DNA of 64,000 nucleotides from Candidatus Omnitrophota bacterium (GTDB taxonomy: Bacteria > Omnitrophota > Gorgyraeia > Duberdicusellales > Duberdicusellaceae), in NCBI GenBank assembly GCA_016932855.1, contig JAFGCB010000025.1, forward strand, positions 118,987 through 182,986. Reading direction: 5' to 3'. Below are positions 38,727-47,706 of the stretch, in pieces (position 1 is the stretch's first letter; each line of letters begins with the position of its first letter). The notes under the pieces are model-generated. The model did no database searches. It saw only the letters and a program-made list of their open reading frames with translations, and was not told the origin of the DNA. Position numbers and translations under genes: made by a program.

Positions 38727-39971
38727 ATGAATAAAACTAAACTGGTGGTTTTTGGTGCAATTTGCATCTTTTTGGCTGTCGCCATTACTTCAGTTGTATT
38801 CGGGCTTTCGCGGGAAGAGAAAGAAGATACGTATAGAGAACTTGAACTCTTTGCTGATGCCCTTGCTTTTGTGCAGACAAGGTATGTGGAAGCAAAATCC
38901 GCCCAGGACTTAATTTACGGGGCATTAGAGGGCATGCTTGCGTCGCTGGATCCTTACAGTCAATTTTTAACTCCCGAGGACTATAAAGAGCTTTTGGTTG
39001 AAACCGGTGGCAGATTCGGAGGGTTGGGGGTGGAAATTACCATAAAAGACGGACTTCTTACGGTAGTATCGCCCTTAGAAGATACTCCAGCCTGGAAAGC
39101 CGGGCTTAAACCCGGCGACAGAATAGTAAAGATTGAAGGAGAGCTTACCAGGGGAATTACTTTGACCGATGCGGTAAAAAAGCTGCGCGGAGATCCCAAG
39201 ACGGACGTTACGATAACTATCTTAAGAGAAAAAGAGAGAAAAGTTTTCGATGTTACAATCACTCGCGAGATTATCAAAATAAAAGACATAAGAAGAAATC
39301 TTCTCTTGGAAAACAACATAGGCTATATTAGGCTTTCGGAGTTCAGAGAAGATACGGCAAACGAGCTAGATAAAGCAATAACCGAGACGAAGAAGCAGGG
39401 AGCAAAAGCCTACATACTCGATTTACGGAATAATCCCGGCGGGCTTCTTGATAGTGCGGTGAGCGTAACTTCCAGGTTCGTTGACGAAAACAAGCTTATC
39501 GTCTATACCCTAGATAAGGAAGGTAAGAAGATTGAGTACAAATCCTCACCGCGTTCAGCGCGCATTCTGCAAGAGCCTTTAGTAGTGATCGTTAATGAAG
39601 GCAGCGCTTCCGGCAGCGAGATAGTCGCCGGGTGCCTTAAAGATTATAAGCGGGCAGTTATTCTAGGAGCAAAGACTTTCGGGAAAGCCTCAGTTCAAAC
39701 CGTTCTTCCTCTTTCGGACGGCTCAGCTTTAAGGCTGACTACTGCCAAGTATTACACTCCTAAAGGAAAGCTTATACAGGATGAGGGAATTACGCCTGAC
39801 ATCGAAGTAGAACAACGGGAGCTAAAAACCGAATCTTCAAAAGAAGAAGAAATTTTTGATAAAATTGAGGAAAAAAAAGAACCGGAGGAAGATTTTTATA
39901 AAGTAGACTATCAGATCATAAGGGCTTTGGATTTGGTTAAGGGTTTACTTATACTTTCAGAAACAGAATAG
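38727..39971 (+). CDS. ctpA: carboxyl-terminal processing protease (S41)
   Basis: 414 aa; signal/TM, PDZ domain, S41 catalytic region (GSASGSEI..G ... K..G). Confidence 0.85.
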   Translation: MNKTKLVVFGAICIFLAVAITSVVFGLSREEKEDTYRELELFADALAFVQTRYVEAKSAQDLIYGALEGMLASLDPYSQFLTPEDYKELLVETGGRFGGLGVEITIKDGLLTVVSPLEDTPAWKAGLKPGDRIVKIEGELTRGITLTDAVKKLRGDPKTDVTITILREKERKVFDVTITREIIKIKDIRRNLLLENNIGYIRLSEFREDTANELDKAITETKKQGAKAYILDLRNNPGGLLDSAVSVTSRFVDENKLIVYTLDKEGKKIEYKSSPRSARILQEPLVVIVNEGSASGSEIVAGCLKDYKRAVILGAKTFGKASVQTVLPLSDGSALRLTTAKYYTPKGKLIQDEGITPDIEVEQRELKTESSKEEEIFDKIEEKKEPEEDFYKVDYQIIRALDLVKGLLILSETE

Positions 39972-39994
39972 TAATATCGAAAATAATTAGTCCA

Positions 39995-40981
39995 ATGTAC
40001 ACTCTAGGAATTGAAACTTCGTGCGATGAGACTTCGGTTTCGGTTGTGAGACGAAGAAAGGTTCTTTCTTGTAAAACTCTTTCCAGCCTAAAGCTGCACG
40101 CAAAGTACGGCGGGGTAATCCCCGAGATCGCCAGCCGCCGGCATTTAAAATTCATCGACAAGGTCGCAAATCAAGCTCTTAAAGAAGCTAAAATTAATAT
40201 AAATGACATAGGCTTAGTCGCCGTGACGCAGGGTCCGGGTCTTATAGGGTCTTTGCTTGTAGGTATCTGCTATGCCAAGGCGTTGGCCTTTTCTTTAAAA
40301 GTTCCAATTTTAGGCGTTAACCATCTTTGGGCCCATTTATTCGCATCGTTTTTAGATAAACCTCTGGTAATGCCTTTTCTGGGATTGGTTGCTTCCGGCG
40401 GCCATACACAAATCTATAAAGTTTCGGATTTTGATAAAATCACTCTGGTCAGCAAAACCCTGGATGATGCCTCGGGTGAAGCTTTGGATAAAGTAGGCAG
40501 ATTTTATGGCCTGGGGTTTCCGGCGGCCCCCCAAATTGATAGAATTTCCAGGCGTGATCTGGTAGACGAGAGGTTGTTTAGTTTTAAAAAAACTGATAAT
40601 TTAAATTTCAGTTTTAGCGGAATTAAAACCAAGGCTGTATACCTGCATGATAAATTAAAGAAACAAAACAAACTTTCCAGCAAAAAGGTCTGCCAGGTGC
40701 TTTCTTCGTTTCAGCATTCAGTAGTAGACTCTTTAATTAATAATTTGACTATATGCATTAAAAAATTTAAAATAAAGAGTGTGGTTTGCGGAGGAGGCGT
40801 TTTGGCGAATCGATTATTACGCGGGCGGTTAGATAAGCTGCGCAGGGAAAGCAATCTTACGGTATGCATACCCGAAGTTTCGTATTGTCAGGATAATGCC
40901 GCTTGCGTGGCCGGCTTAGGCGAATACCTATATCGTAAAGGATACGCGTCAAAATTTAATTTCGCTCCCCTTGCGCGCTAA
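39995..40981 (+). CDS. tsaD: tRNA N6-adenosine threonylcarbamoyltransferase
   Basis: 328 aa; LGIETSCDETSV N-terminus, Kae1/YgjD family. Confidence 0.88.
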   Translation: MYTLGIETSCDETSVSVVRRRKVLSCKTLSSLKLHAKYGGVIPEIASRRHLKFIDKVANQALKEAKININDIGLVAVTQGPGLIGSLLVGICYAKALAFSLKVPILGVNHLWAHLFASFLDKPLVMPFLGLVASGGHTQIYKVSDFDKITLVSKTLDDASGEALDKVGRFYGLGFPAAPQIDRISRRDLVDERLFSFKKTDNLNFSFSGIKTKAVYLHDKLKKQNKLSSKKVCQVLSSFQHSVVDSLINNLTICIKKFKIKSVVCGGGVLANRLLRGRLDKLRRESNLTVCIPEVSYCQDNAACVAGLGEYLYRKGYASKFNFAPLAR

Positions 40982-40986
40982 AGCCT

Positions 40987-41454
40987 ATGAGTAATTTTAC
41001 TGTTTTTATCCGAATTGTGCTGGCGGTTATTTTCGGCGGACTTATCGGTCTTGAGCGCGAACATAAAGGAAGGGCAGCCGGGCTTAGAACCCATGTTCTG
41101 GTATGCATGGGTTCATGTCTTATAATGCTGGTGTCGTTATCGGTCTTCGAGGCCTATAAAAGCCAGACTCCGCTTGATCCGGGAAGAATAGCCGCCGGCG
41201 TTGTTACCGGCATAGGTTTTTTAGGCGCCGGCACGATTATACGAAGCGTTCAGCATGTAAGCGGTCTTACTACCGCCGCCTCAATCTGGGTAAGTGCCGG
41301 CATTGGCATCGGCGTAGGTTGCGGTCTTTATTTCGCATCTTTTTTGGTTACGGTTTTTGCCCTGGTAACTTTGGTTTTATTTAAACGAATTGAAGGTGCT
41401 TTGGAAATAAACGATTCTGCGCAAAATAATCAGGCAAACCCGGACGGCGGCTAA
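40987..41454 (+). CDS. MgtC/SapB family membrane protein
   Basis: 155 aa; MgtC N-terminal family (GLERE..G..AGLRTH.LV..GS), 4-5 TM helices. Confidence 0.75.
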   Translation: MSNFTVFIRIVLAVIFGGLIGLEREHKGRAAGLRTHVLVCMGSCLIMLVSLSVFEAYKSQTPLDPGRIAAGVVTGIGFLGAGTIIRSVQHVSGLTTAASIWVSAGIGIGVGCGLYFASFLVTVFALVTLVLFKRIEGALEINDSAQNNQANPDGG

Positions 41455-41532
41455 TCAGCGCGGTCAGCGATAAAGAAAACCAGTGCTATCTTTATATAGA
41501 TACGCATAACCAGTGATAATAGGGGGTGGAAC

Positions 41533-42024
41533 ATGCTAAAGAAGAAGGAAGAGGAGAAAGTGCTGGATGTAAACGCCAGTATGCAGGGAAGTCTTGTATT
41601 TTCCGACCCGGTAAATTTACGCATCAACGGAAAGTTCGACGGGGACCTTAAGACAAAAGGCATACTGCAGGTCGGCCAATACGCAGAGGTTCGGGCAGAC
41701 ATACACGGAGAAGTAATCATAATTTCCGGGAGAGTAAGAGGCACAATTCTTGCTGATAAAAAAATATGTTTGCTTTCCACCGCAGTGGTGCAGGCTGACA
41801 TATCGGCCCCGGCTTTAGAGGTAAAAGAGGGGGCAATTTTCGAAGGCCGCTCCAGCATGATCGCCGATACAATGGAACTTAAAGACATTTCTCGTTATCT
41901 GGATATCGAAGAAAACAAGATTCTCGAATGGGCTTCAACCGGCAAGATTCCGGCAATCCAAGACGGCAGCAAGTGGATATTTGAGCGAAAAAGGATTGAA
42001 AGCTGGGTAAAAGACACGAAATAG
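41533..42024 (+). CDS. bactofilin-domain protein with C-terminal HTH_17 (excisionase/MerR-like) helix-turn-helix
   Basis: 163 aa; bactofilin beta-helix repeats (INGKFDGDL...G.L.VG..A.V.ADI.GEV.I.G.V.G.I.A...I.L..TA.V.ADI.A..LEV.EGAIFEG...M), then ...LDIEENKILEWASTGKIPAIQDGSKWIFERKRIESW matching the HTH_17 pattern. Confidence 0.7.
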   Translation: MLKKKEEEKVLDVNASMQGSLVFSDPVNLRINGKFDGDLKTKGILQVGQYAEVRADIHGEVIIISGRVRGTILADKKICLLSTAVVQADISAPALEVKEGAIFEGRSSMIADTMELKDISRYLDIEENKILEWASTGKIPAIQDGSKWIFERKRIESWVKDTK

Positions 42025-42031
42025 ATTAGCG

Positions 42032-42071
42032 GATTAACTGATTAACTAATTAAGGGATTCACTGATTAAAA
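42032..42071. repeat. five tandem imperfect octamers (GATTAACT-like) in the promoter region of the HTH-membrane gene
   Basis: gattaact gattaact aattaagg gattcact gattaaaa read directly; about 20 nt upstream of the 42093 start codon. Confidence 0.7.
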
Positions 42072-42092
42072 AGCAAGGGGTGTAATACGGTT

Positions 42093-42392
42093 ATGGCAGA
42101 GAAATTAATTACCATAAGGGAAGCTTCGGAAATACTGGGAATACTGGAAAAAGACGTTATCGACTTAGCGAAGAAAAAACGGATACCTTCATATCTTATA
42201 GGCGGAGAATTTTTGCGGTTTCCCCGTGAAGATATCCATCAACTCAAAGAAAAGATACAAAAAGAATTCAACGTTTTGACTACCACTGTATCTTTTGGCG
42301 AAAAGGTCTATAATCTTTTCCATTTTAATGATTTCTACATAATATCCTTCCTGGCTATCGCAATTCTTTTGGGCGTGATTCTTTTTACATAA
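42093..42392 (+). CDS. HTH_17-family helix-turn-helix protein with C-terminal transmembrane anchor
   Basis: 99 aa; ITIREASEILGI.EKDVIDLAKKKRIPSYLIGGEFLRF.REDI matches excisionase-type HTH; C-terminal hydrophobic helix (YIISFLAIAILLGVILF). Confidence 0.6.
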   Translation: MAEKLITIREASEILGILEKDVIDLAKKKRIPSYLIGGEFLRFPREDIHQLKEKIQKEFNVLTTTVSFGEKVYNLFHFNDFYIISFLAIAILLGVILFT

Positions 42393-43070
42393 ATGTTTGA
42401 AAAAAATGAAAGTTTCCTTGAACTAGGGTTTGCTAAACTTGATTGCTCACGACAGCGACGAACCGGCCTTCCGGAGATCGTTTTTGCGCAGACAAAAGAA
42501 ATCTCCCAGCTTAAGGAAATCATTATTTCCTTTAAAAAAAACAAGGTGCCCCTGTTTCTTTCCCGCCTTAGCAAAGAACAATACCTAAGGTTAAAAAAAC
42601 ATTTTAAAGATTTAAAATATTTTTCTGCCGCCCGGATAGGGTTTTTGGGAAAACCCTATCCTAAAACCGGCAAAACCGTTTCTTTAGTCACGGCCGGCAC
42701 TTCGGATATCCCGGTGGCGGAAGAAGCAGGAGTATTTTTAGAGATTTTGGGAAACAAGGTTGAGCGAATTTTTGATGCCGGAGTTGCCGGCGTCCATCGA
42801 ATACTAAGTTTTAAAAATAAGATCGATCGCTCAAAGATAATAATCGTGGTGGCGGGAATGGAGGGGGCGTTGGCAAGTTTGGTTTCAGGAATCACCAAAA
42901 GGCCGGTTATCGGAGTTCCTACCAGTATTGGCTACGGTGCAAGCTTTAACGGCCTTGCCTCGCTGTTAGGCATGCTTAACAGCTGCTCTTTAGGGGTTTG
43001 CGTGGTTAATATTGACAACGGACTGGGAGCCGGTTATTTAGCGCACACGATTATAAACAGCGATATTTGA
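42393..43070 (+). CDS. larB: nickel-pincer cofactor biosynthesis protein LarB (PurE-like carboxylase/hydrolase)
   Basis: 225 aa; PurE-like fold with V.LVTAGTSDIPVAEEA...G..V....DAGVAGVHR; N-terminal extension typical of LarB rather than PurE; followed by larC. Confidence 0.7.
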   Translation: MFEKNESFLELGFAKLDCSRQRRTGLPEIVFAQTKEISQLKEIIISFKKNKVPLFLSRLSKEQYLRLKKHFKDLKYFSAARIGFLGKPYPKTGKTVSLVTAGTSDIPVAEEAGVFLEILGNKVERIFDAGVAGVHRILSFKNKIDRSKIIIVVAGMEGALASLVSGITKRPVIGVPTSIGYGASFNGLASLLGMLNSCSLGVCVVNIDNGLGAGYLAHTIINSDI

Positions 43071-43073
43071 TAA

Positions 43074-44213
43074 ATGGCCATGCGTGAAGAAAAGGTTATA
43101 TATTTTGATTTAATCGGCGGGGCCTCCGGCGATATGCTCTTGGCCGGGCTTATCGGCGCGGGTTTCCAGAAAACCTCTTTGGAAAATTTAATGCGGCGGT
43201 TAGGGTTTAAGCAACTCGGTATCCGCCTTAAAAAAATAAAAGTCGGTCACATATCTGCCAACCGGCTTAGTTACCAAGAGAAAAATACTAAAAATTTATC
43301 TTTTAAGGAGATTAGATCCTTGTTCCGAAAAGCTCCGATAAGCCGATGGGTAAGCGAAAAATCCATGCAGACCTATGACGATCTGCTCCGGGCTGAAGAA
43401 GCGGTACACGGCCATAAACACCATACAAGGTTCGAGCATTTAGGAAAGCCCGATGCAATAATCGAAATTGCTGGATTCTGGCTAGCCCTAGAAGAGCTGA
43501 AAATTAATCGCGGTTTTTGTTCCATATTTCCTTTAAGCCAGACCGCCCCAGCTACTATCGAGCTTCTCAAAAACCGCAAGGTTTGTTTTGTTGATTGGGG
43601 TTATGAAACAGTAACCCCTACTGCGGCCGTATTGTTAAAGAATTTTAGTCAAAACGACATGGTTCTTATTCCCAAAACCGCCGGTTACGCAGCAGGATAC
43701 AACAACAGCCCTGAACGAGAGGATATGTTACGAGTGGTTACTTGTCAAAAACCGGATATAAAAGAAAAGATCCTTAAGCTCGAAACGAACTTAGATGACA
43801 TAAATCCCCAGGTTTTTGATTATATTATGGAGCTGCTTTTTAAAGCGGGCGCTCTCGATGTTTACATCACGCCGATTATTATGAAAAAAAGCAGGCCGGC
43901 TTTTGTGTTATCGGTTCTTCTTGATAAAAAGGATTTAGTGAAAATAGAAAAAGTAATTTTTCGCGAAACAACTACTTACGGCCTGCGCTATGCCGAATTT
44001 TCGCGCGATAAGCTCAACTATAAATTTATTGAAAAAAAGACTTCTTTCGGTAAAGTCCTTTTTAGGACCGGGCATTTGGACGGAAGCATTTTTAAGCAAA
44101 GTCCCGAATATAGCCATTGCAAAAAAATAGCCTCTAAGTATAATATTCCTTTAATTGACGTCTATAAACGTTTAAATGCAAGTAATGCAGTTTTAAGGGG
44201 TAGCGGGGATTAA
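43074..44213 (+). CDS. larC: nickel insertion protein LarC (DUF111)
   Basis: 379 aa; IYFD...GASGDMLL..LI..G N-terminal LarC signature. Confidence 0.75.
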   Translation: MAMREEKVIYFDLIGGASGDMLLAGLIGAGFQKTSLENLMRRLGFKQLGIRLKKIKVGHISANRLSYQEKNTKNLSFKEIRSLFRKAPISRWVSEKSMQTYDDLLRAEEAVHGHKHHTRFEHLGKPDAIIEIAGFWLALEELKINRGFCSIFPLSQTAPATIELLKNRKVCFVDWGYETVTPTAAVLLKNFSQNDMVLIPKTAGYAAGYNNSPEREDMLRVVTCQKPDIKEKILKLETNLDDINPQVFDYIMELLFKAGALDVYITPIIMKKSRPAFVLSVLLDKKDLVKIEKVIFRETTTYGLRYAEFSRDKLNYKFIEKKTSFGKVLFRTGHLDGSIFKQSPEYSHCKKIASKYNIPLIDVYKRLNASNAVLRGSGD

Positions 44214-44331
44214 AAGGATAGAAGGGGTGAAAGGTGCCCCTCCCTCTGTAACCCTTGTATCCCTTAAAACCCTTGCAACCTTTAAAGTTGTTTCGCCATC
44301 AAACGCATTACGCGTTACGCATAACGAAATT

Positions 44332-44405
44332 GGCGGGATAGCTCAGGCTGGTAGAGCAAACGGCTCATACCCGTTCTGTCGGTGGTTCAAGTCCACTTCC
44401 CGCCA
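44332..44405 (+). tRNA. tRNA-Met (anticodon CAT; could alternatively be lysidine-modified tRNA-Ile2)
   Basis: GGCGGGA/TCCCGCC acceptor stem, GCTC..GAGC D stem, AACGG/CCGTT anticodon stem with loop CTCATAC, GGTGG-TTCAAGT-CCACT T arm, discriminator A; CCA not encoded. Confidence 0.85.
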
Positions 44406-44417
44406 TTCTGTTTCGCC
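44364..44417 (+). repeat. direct repeat copy 1 (3' half of tRNA-Met plus 12 nt), candidate attL-like site
   Basis: 54 nt; 52/54 identical to 45986-46039. Confidence 0.8.
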
Positions 44418-44811
44418 TATAGCAACGTAACACTAGTTAGGGTTTCGTAGGAATCGCCGAAGTAGGTCCTTCGAAGCCATGCCTTTTTTGAAGGGTTAAT
44501 GGCGAAGAAGACCGCTTGCCGCCACTTCTAATTACAGTTTTACCTACCATTCTCAAATTCTTAAGAATATTGGAATAGTTGTGAATCCTGCCGAAATTGC
44601 TTATCCAAACCTACTATCTTGCGGTATAATGAAAACAAAGAGCAGTTTATGAAGCGGAAATGATAACAAATTAAAGAAGATTATCGCAGACTAAAAATCG
44701 GTGTAAATCTGCAATAAATCAGCGCAAATCTGTGCAAAAAAATGAAACCTTTATTCCCGCCAATGCTTGAATTAGATGGGGTGAATCAGTAGTTATAATG
44801 CAGAAAAAAAT

Positions 44812-45918
44812 ATGAAGACTGTAAAAAAAATTTTGGGAATGGTGATTATTTTGGTTGGCATATGGAGTCTTTGGCCTTATCTTGGAGATGCTCTTTGGGG
44901 TATTGCGGGCGGCGCAGAAGACATGCTGGCTACAATCGTTGCTATAATTTTATTTTTATTGAACGTTGGACTAATTTTAGTTGGCGTCCAGATTTTCATG
45001 AATAAGATTAAAGTCTATACTTACGTATTTTTGATACTTGGACTGATAGCCTTAGTCCCTTTTTATAAACAGCTCTATTTAGAGTATATGAGTCCAATGC
45101 GTAAAGTGGCACGAGGAGATGTAGAAGGCGCACTTAAAGAATGTACTCGAATTATAGATTCTGAAGAAAAGGGTTCAGCGTATGTAATGAGAGGGAGAAT
45201 TTATTACGGTCTCGGCGAATATAAAAAAGCCCTTTCAGACTTCGCGGCTGTAGATGGTTGGATTAAATATAAATATGCAATCTTTACCCATATTAGGTTA
45301 AATGATTTTGAAAGTGCGTTGCGGACCTGTGATGCGTGGGCGAGGGTTATGCCACGGCTTGCGAGCGTTGCATATTGTTATAAAGGGGATTTGTATTATG
45401 CGCAGGGAGATTATGAAAACGCAATAGAAGCATATAGAAAACATATTGAGTTATCGAAAATACCTAACGACGATAGATCGTGGGTTGAAGATGGTGCAAA
45501 GGTCGAAGATTACATACGTTTATCAACTTGTTATGCGAAACTGGGAAATTTTTCTTTAGCTGAAGAATACCTTGATAGGGCCTTTACTCTAGCAAGTGAT
45601 TTTAATAAAGATTTATCAATAAATGAAAGCGCTGACCTTACAAGCGTATTGGTTGCAAGAGGAAATCTTTATGCTTATATTGGTAAGCTCGATGAGGCAA
45701 AAGCCCAGTATCGTCAGGCTGTTCAAAGGAACGATTCTAAATTTACGCAGAGAGTTATATGCAAGAAAGCCTCCAGCAAGATATTAAAAGAAATGGGGGT
45801 GCAGTGCTACCTTAATGCGCTTGATGAGAAGAAGGAGAGGGATCCGAGCCGAGCGATAGATCGAGATATGAGAGATTTAATGCCAAGCTTCCCATCCTAT
45901 AAATGGATATGCAGGTAA
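44812..45918 (+). CDS. membrane-anchored TPR-repeat protein (cargo of tRNA-flanked insert)
   Basis: 368 aa; 3 N-terminal TM helices then several TPR-like helical repeats (YYGLGEYKKAL, YYAQGDYENAIEAY, LYAYIGKLDEAKAQY). Confidence 0.6.
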   Translation: MKTVKKILGMVIILVGIWSLWPYLGDALWGIAGGAEDMLATIVAIILFLLNVGLILVGVQIFMNKIKVYTYVFLILGLIALVPFYKQLYLEYMSPMRKVARGDVEGALKECTRIIDSEEKGSAYVMRGRIYYGLGEYKKALSDFAAVDGWIKYKYAIFTHIRLNDFESALRTCDAWARVMPRLASVAYCYKGDLYYAQGDYENAIEAYRKHIELSKIPNDDRSWVEDGAKVEDYIRLSTCYAKLGNFSLAEEYLDRAFTLASDFNKDLSINESADLTSVLVARGNLYAYIGKLDEAKAQYRQAVQRNDSKFTQRVICKKASSKILKEMGVQCYLNALDEKKERDPSRAIDRDMRDLMPSFPSYKWICR

Positions 45919-45985
45919 TAAAAGGAGCGGTTTAAATAAAAAAGGAGGTGAAAGGCTCAAAGGAAAAGTATTACTTTTAGCGGGC

Positions 45986-46039
45986 CTCATACCCGTTCTA
46001 TCGGTGGTTCAAGTCCACTTCCCGCCATTCTGCTTCGCC
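45986..46039 (+). repeat. direct repeat copy 2 (partial tRNA-Met 3' half), candidate attR-like site
   Basis: ctcatacccgttctatcggtggttcaagtccacttcccgccattctgcttcgcc; weaker homology to the tRNA flank continues ~60 nt further, and a 16-nt perfect palindrome aagccatatatggctt lies at 46056-46071. Confidence 0.8.
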
Positions 46040-46248
46040 CTTCATAGTTTTGACGAAGCCATATATGGCTTTAGATGGCTAATGCCGAAGAAAACTAAGT
46101 TCAGTCATTGTTATTTTAAGTTATTATTTTAAATCTTGCTCTGCAGTTTTGCCTGTAGTATAATACTTTTCCGATTTTTACGAAATAGGTACAAGGCTGT
46201 TTTCGGTCAAATTTTATTAAAATCATTTTTAGCTTTAGGAGGGTTCTT

Positions 46249-46452
46249 ATGGAGACTTTTGCTTCAAGGCTATCGGGCTTGCTTAAGCGAAACATAACCG
46301 TTGTTACTACTCAAATGGAGGAAGGCAAAGCCGTTGTTTACGGCGGCACTCTTATGGAGGTGGGCTCTGATTATCTAGTGATTAAAGTTCCTAGGGAAGG
46401 CCAGCAGGTTATAAATTTTGCCCATATTGTTCGGGCTTTCGAAAATATATAA
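46249..46452 (+). CDS. small hypothetical protein (67 aa)
   Basis: GGAGG ribosome-binding site upstream; no recognisable motif; lies between the att-like repeat and the receiver pseudogene. Confidence 0.4.
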   Translation: METFASRLSGLLKRNITVVTTQMEEGKAVVYGGTLMEVGSDYLVIKVPREGQQVINFAHIVRAFENI

Positions 46453-46588
46453 AGGATTTATCGCCGAACGTCAAAAACAAAAGTATAAAGGTTTTTTCTA
46501 ACCCTAAGTATTCTGTATTTGATACGGGATGGGTTAGGGCATACTTAACTAAAAAAAAGAAATAAAGTCAATTAAGGACGAAGCTATG

Positions 46589-46980
46589 CTATAAATTTAG
46601 CGCGCCTACGTCCTTCGAGAGTTGTTTGTATTTCTGAGAGTATGTCTTTCAAGCTGAAGGGCTTGTTAATAAAACAGCTTGCTCCTTTTTTCAAACCTGT
46701 TTTCAAATCTTCCTCGGACGCTAAGGCAGTCAGCATTATTTTCGATATTTTTCGGGTTTATTGTCTTTTTTAAGACGCTGGCTGGCCTCGAATCCGTTAA
46801 TTTCAGACATAATAACATCAAGGATTATCAAATCGGGGTTTTCGCTTGCGGCTTTTTTAAACAATCAGCGCCGTTAGATACAGCAAGGATATCATAACTT
46901 TCTATTTTAAGCATTTTACCCAATAAATCGATTATTGCCGCTGCGTCATCGACCAAAATATTTTTTATCCTTTCCGACAT
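46589..46980 (-). pseudogene. CheY-like response-regulator receiver gene interrupted by two frameshifts
   Basis: Minus-strand translation gives MSERIKNILVDDAAAIIDLLGKMLKIESYDILAVSNGADCLKK... then, after a -1 shift in an A6 run, ...AASENPDLIILDVIMSEINGFEASQRLKKDNKPE..., and after a second shift ...IMLTALASEEDLKTGLKKGASCFINKPFSLKDILSEIQTTLEGRRRAKFI; together a complete REC domain. Confidence 0.65.
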
Positions 46981-47308
46981 CGCTTAATACCGTCAGCGTA
47001 GTATATCACAACAAAACATAATCACTTCCACATTTTAAGTCGCCTAAGCGCCGGGGTTAGTTCCTTTTTTTTCGCCGGCACTGTAGGATTTTTTATCAGT
47101 ACTGCCAAATTTCTGCTTTATTTTTAATCAGCAATGGGTTATTATAAGATTACAAGGTGGCAGTATGGACGTCGATAAAATAAAACTTTTTTATTCTTTC
47201 GGTATTTAATCTCCGTTGGAGCAGGCGAATTTACCGATTGATACTTTTTCTTTTTGAAATATAAAGATAAAAACCTTTTTTGGATAAAAGGAAAATAGAA
47301 TAAATTTT

Positions 47309-47692
47309 ATGCCAGAGGACCGAAGAAGATTTGAACGCGCGAAATTTCCTATTGTTGTCAGATGGCGATGTTTGACAACTTTCGCTGAAGGCGACGCGTC
47401 TTTGCCGGATTTGGCGGAAGACATATCCGCAGGAGGCGTCTGCCTGGTGTTGTATGACGCATTGAAAGTGGGCGATGAAATCGAGCTTCAATTTTCATTA
47501 CTAGGTAAAGGAAACATTCAAACAAAGGCAAGGGTTGTTTGGGTCAGGCAAGCCCAAATGTTTAGCGGCGATTACAGGATGGTGAAATACTATGCCGGCC
47601 TTGAATTTATCGAAATGAGCCAGAAAGATAAAGAATTCATTAATCAGATCATCGCTCGATTAAAAAGAAATCCCGAACAGGCACAGGCTTAA
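47309..47692 (+). CDS. PilZ-domain c-di-GMP-binding protein
   Basis: 127 aa; RRRFER (RxxxR) followed by DISAGG (DxSxGG) PilZ signature. Confidence 0.8.
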   Translation: MPEDRRRFERAKFPIVVRWRCLTTFAEGDASLPDLAEDISAGGVCLVLYDALKVGDEIELQFSLLGKGNIQTKARVVWVRQAQMFSGDYRMVKYYAGLEFIEMSQKDKEFINQIIARLKRNPEQAQA

Positions 47693-47706
47693 ATGTAGGA
47701 GCAAAA

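Noticed and set aside
44227-44430. 67-aa ORF in the six-frame track
   Set aside because: It is entirely overlapped by the tRNA-Met gene and its flank; the composition reflects tRNA sequence, not coding.
46679-46897. 72-aa + strand ORF
   Set aside because: It lies antisense within the frameshifted receiver pseudogene on the minus strand; it is a shadow ORF with no ribosome-binding site.
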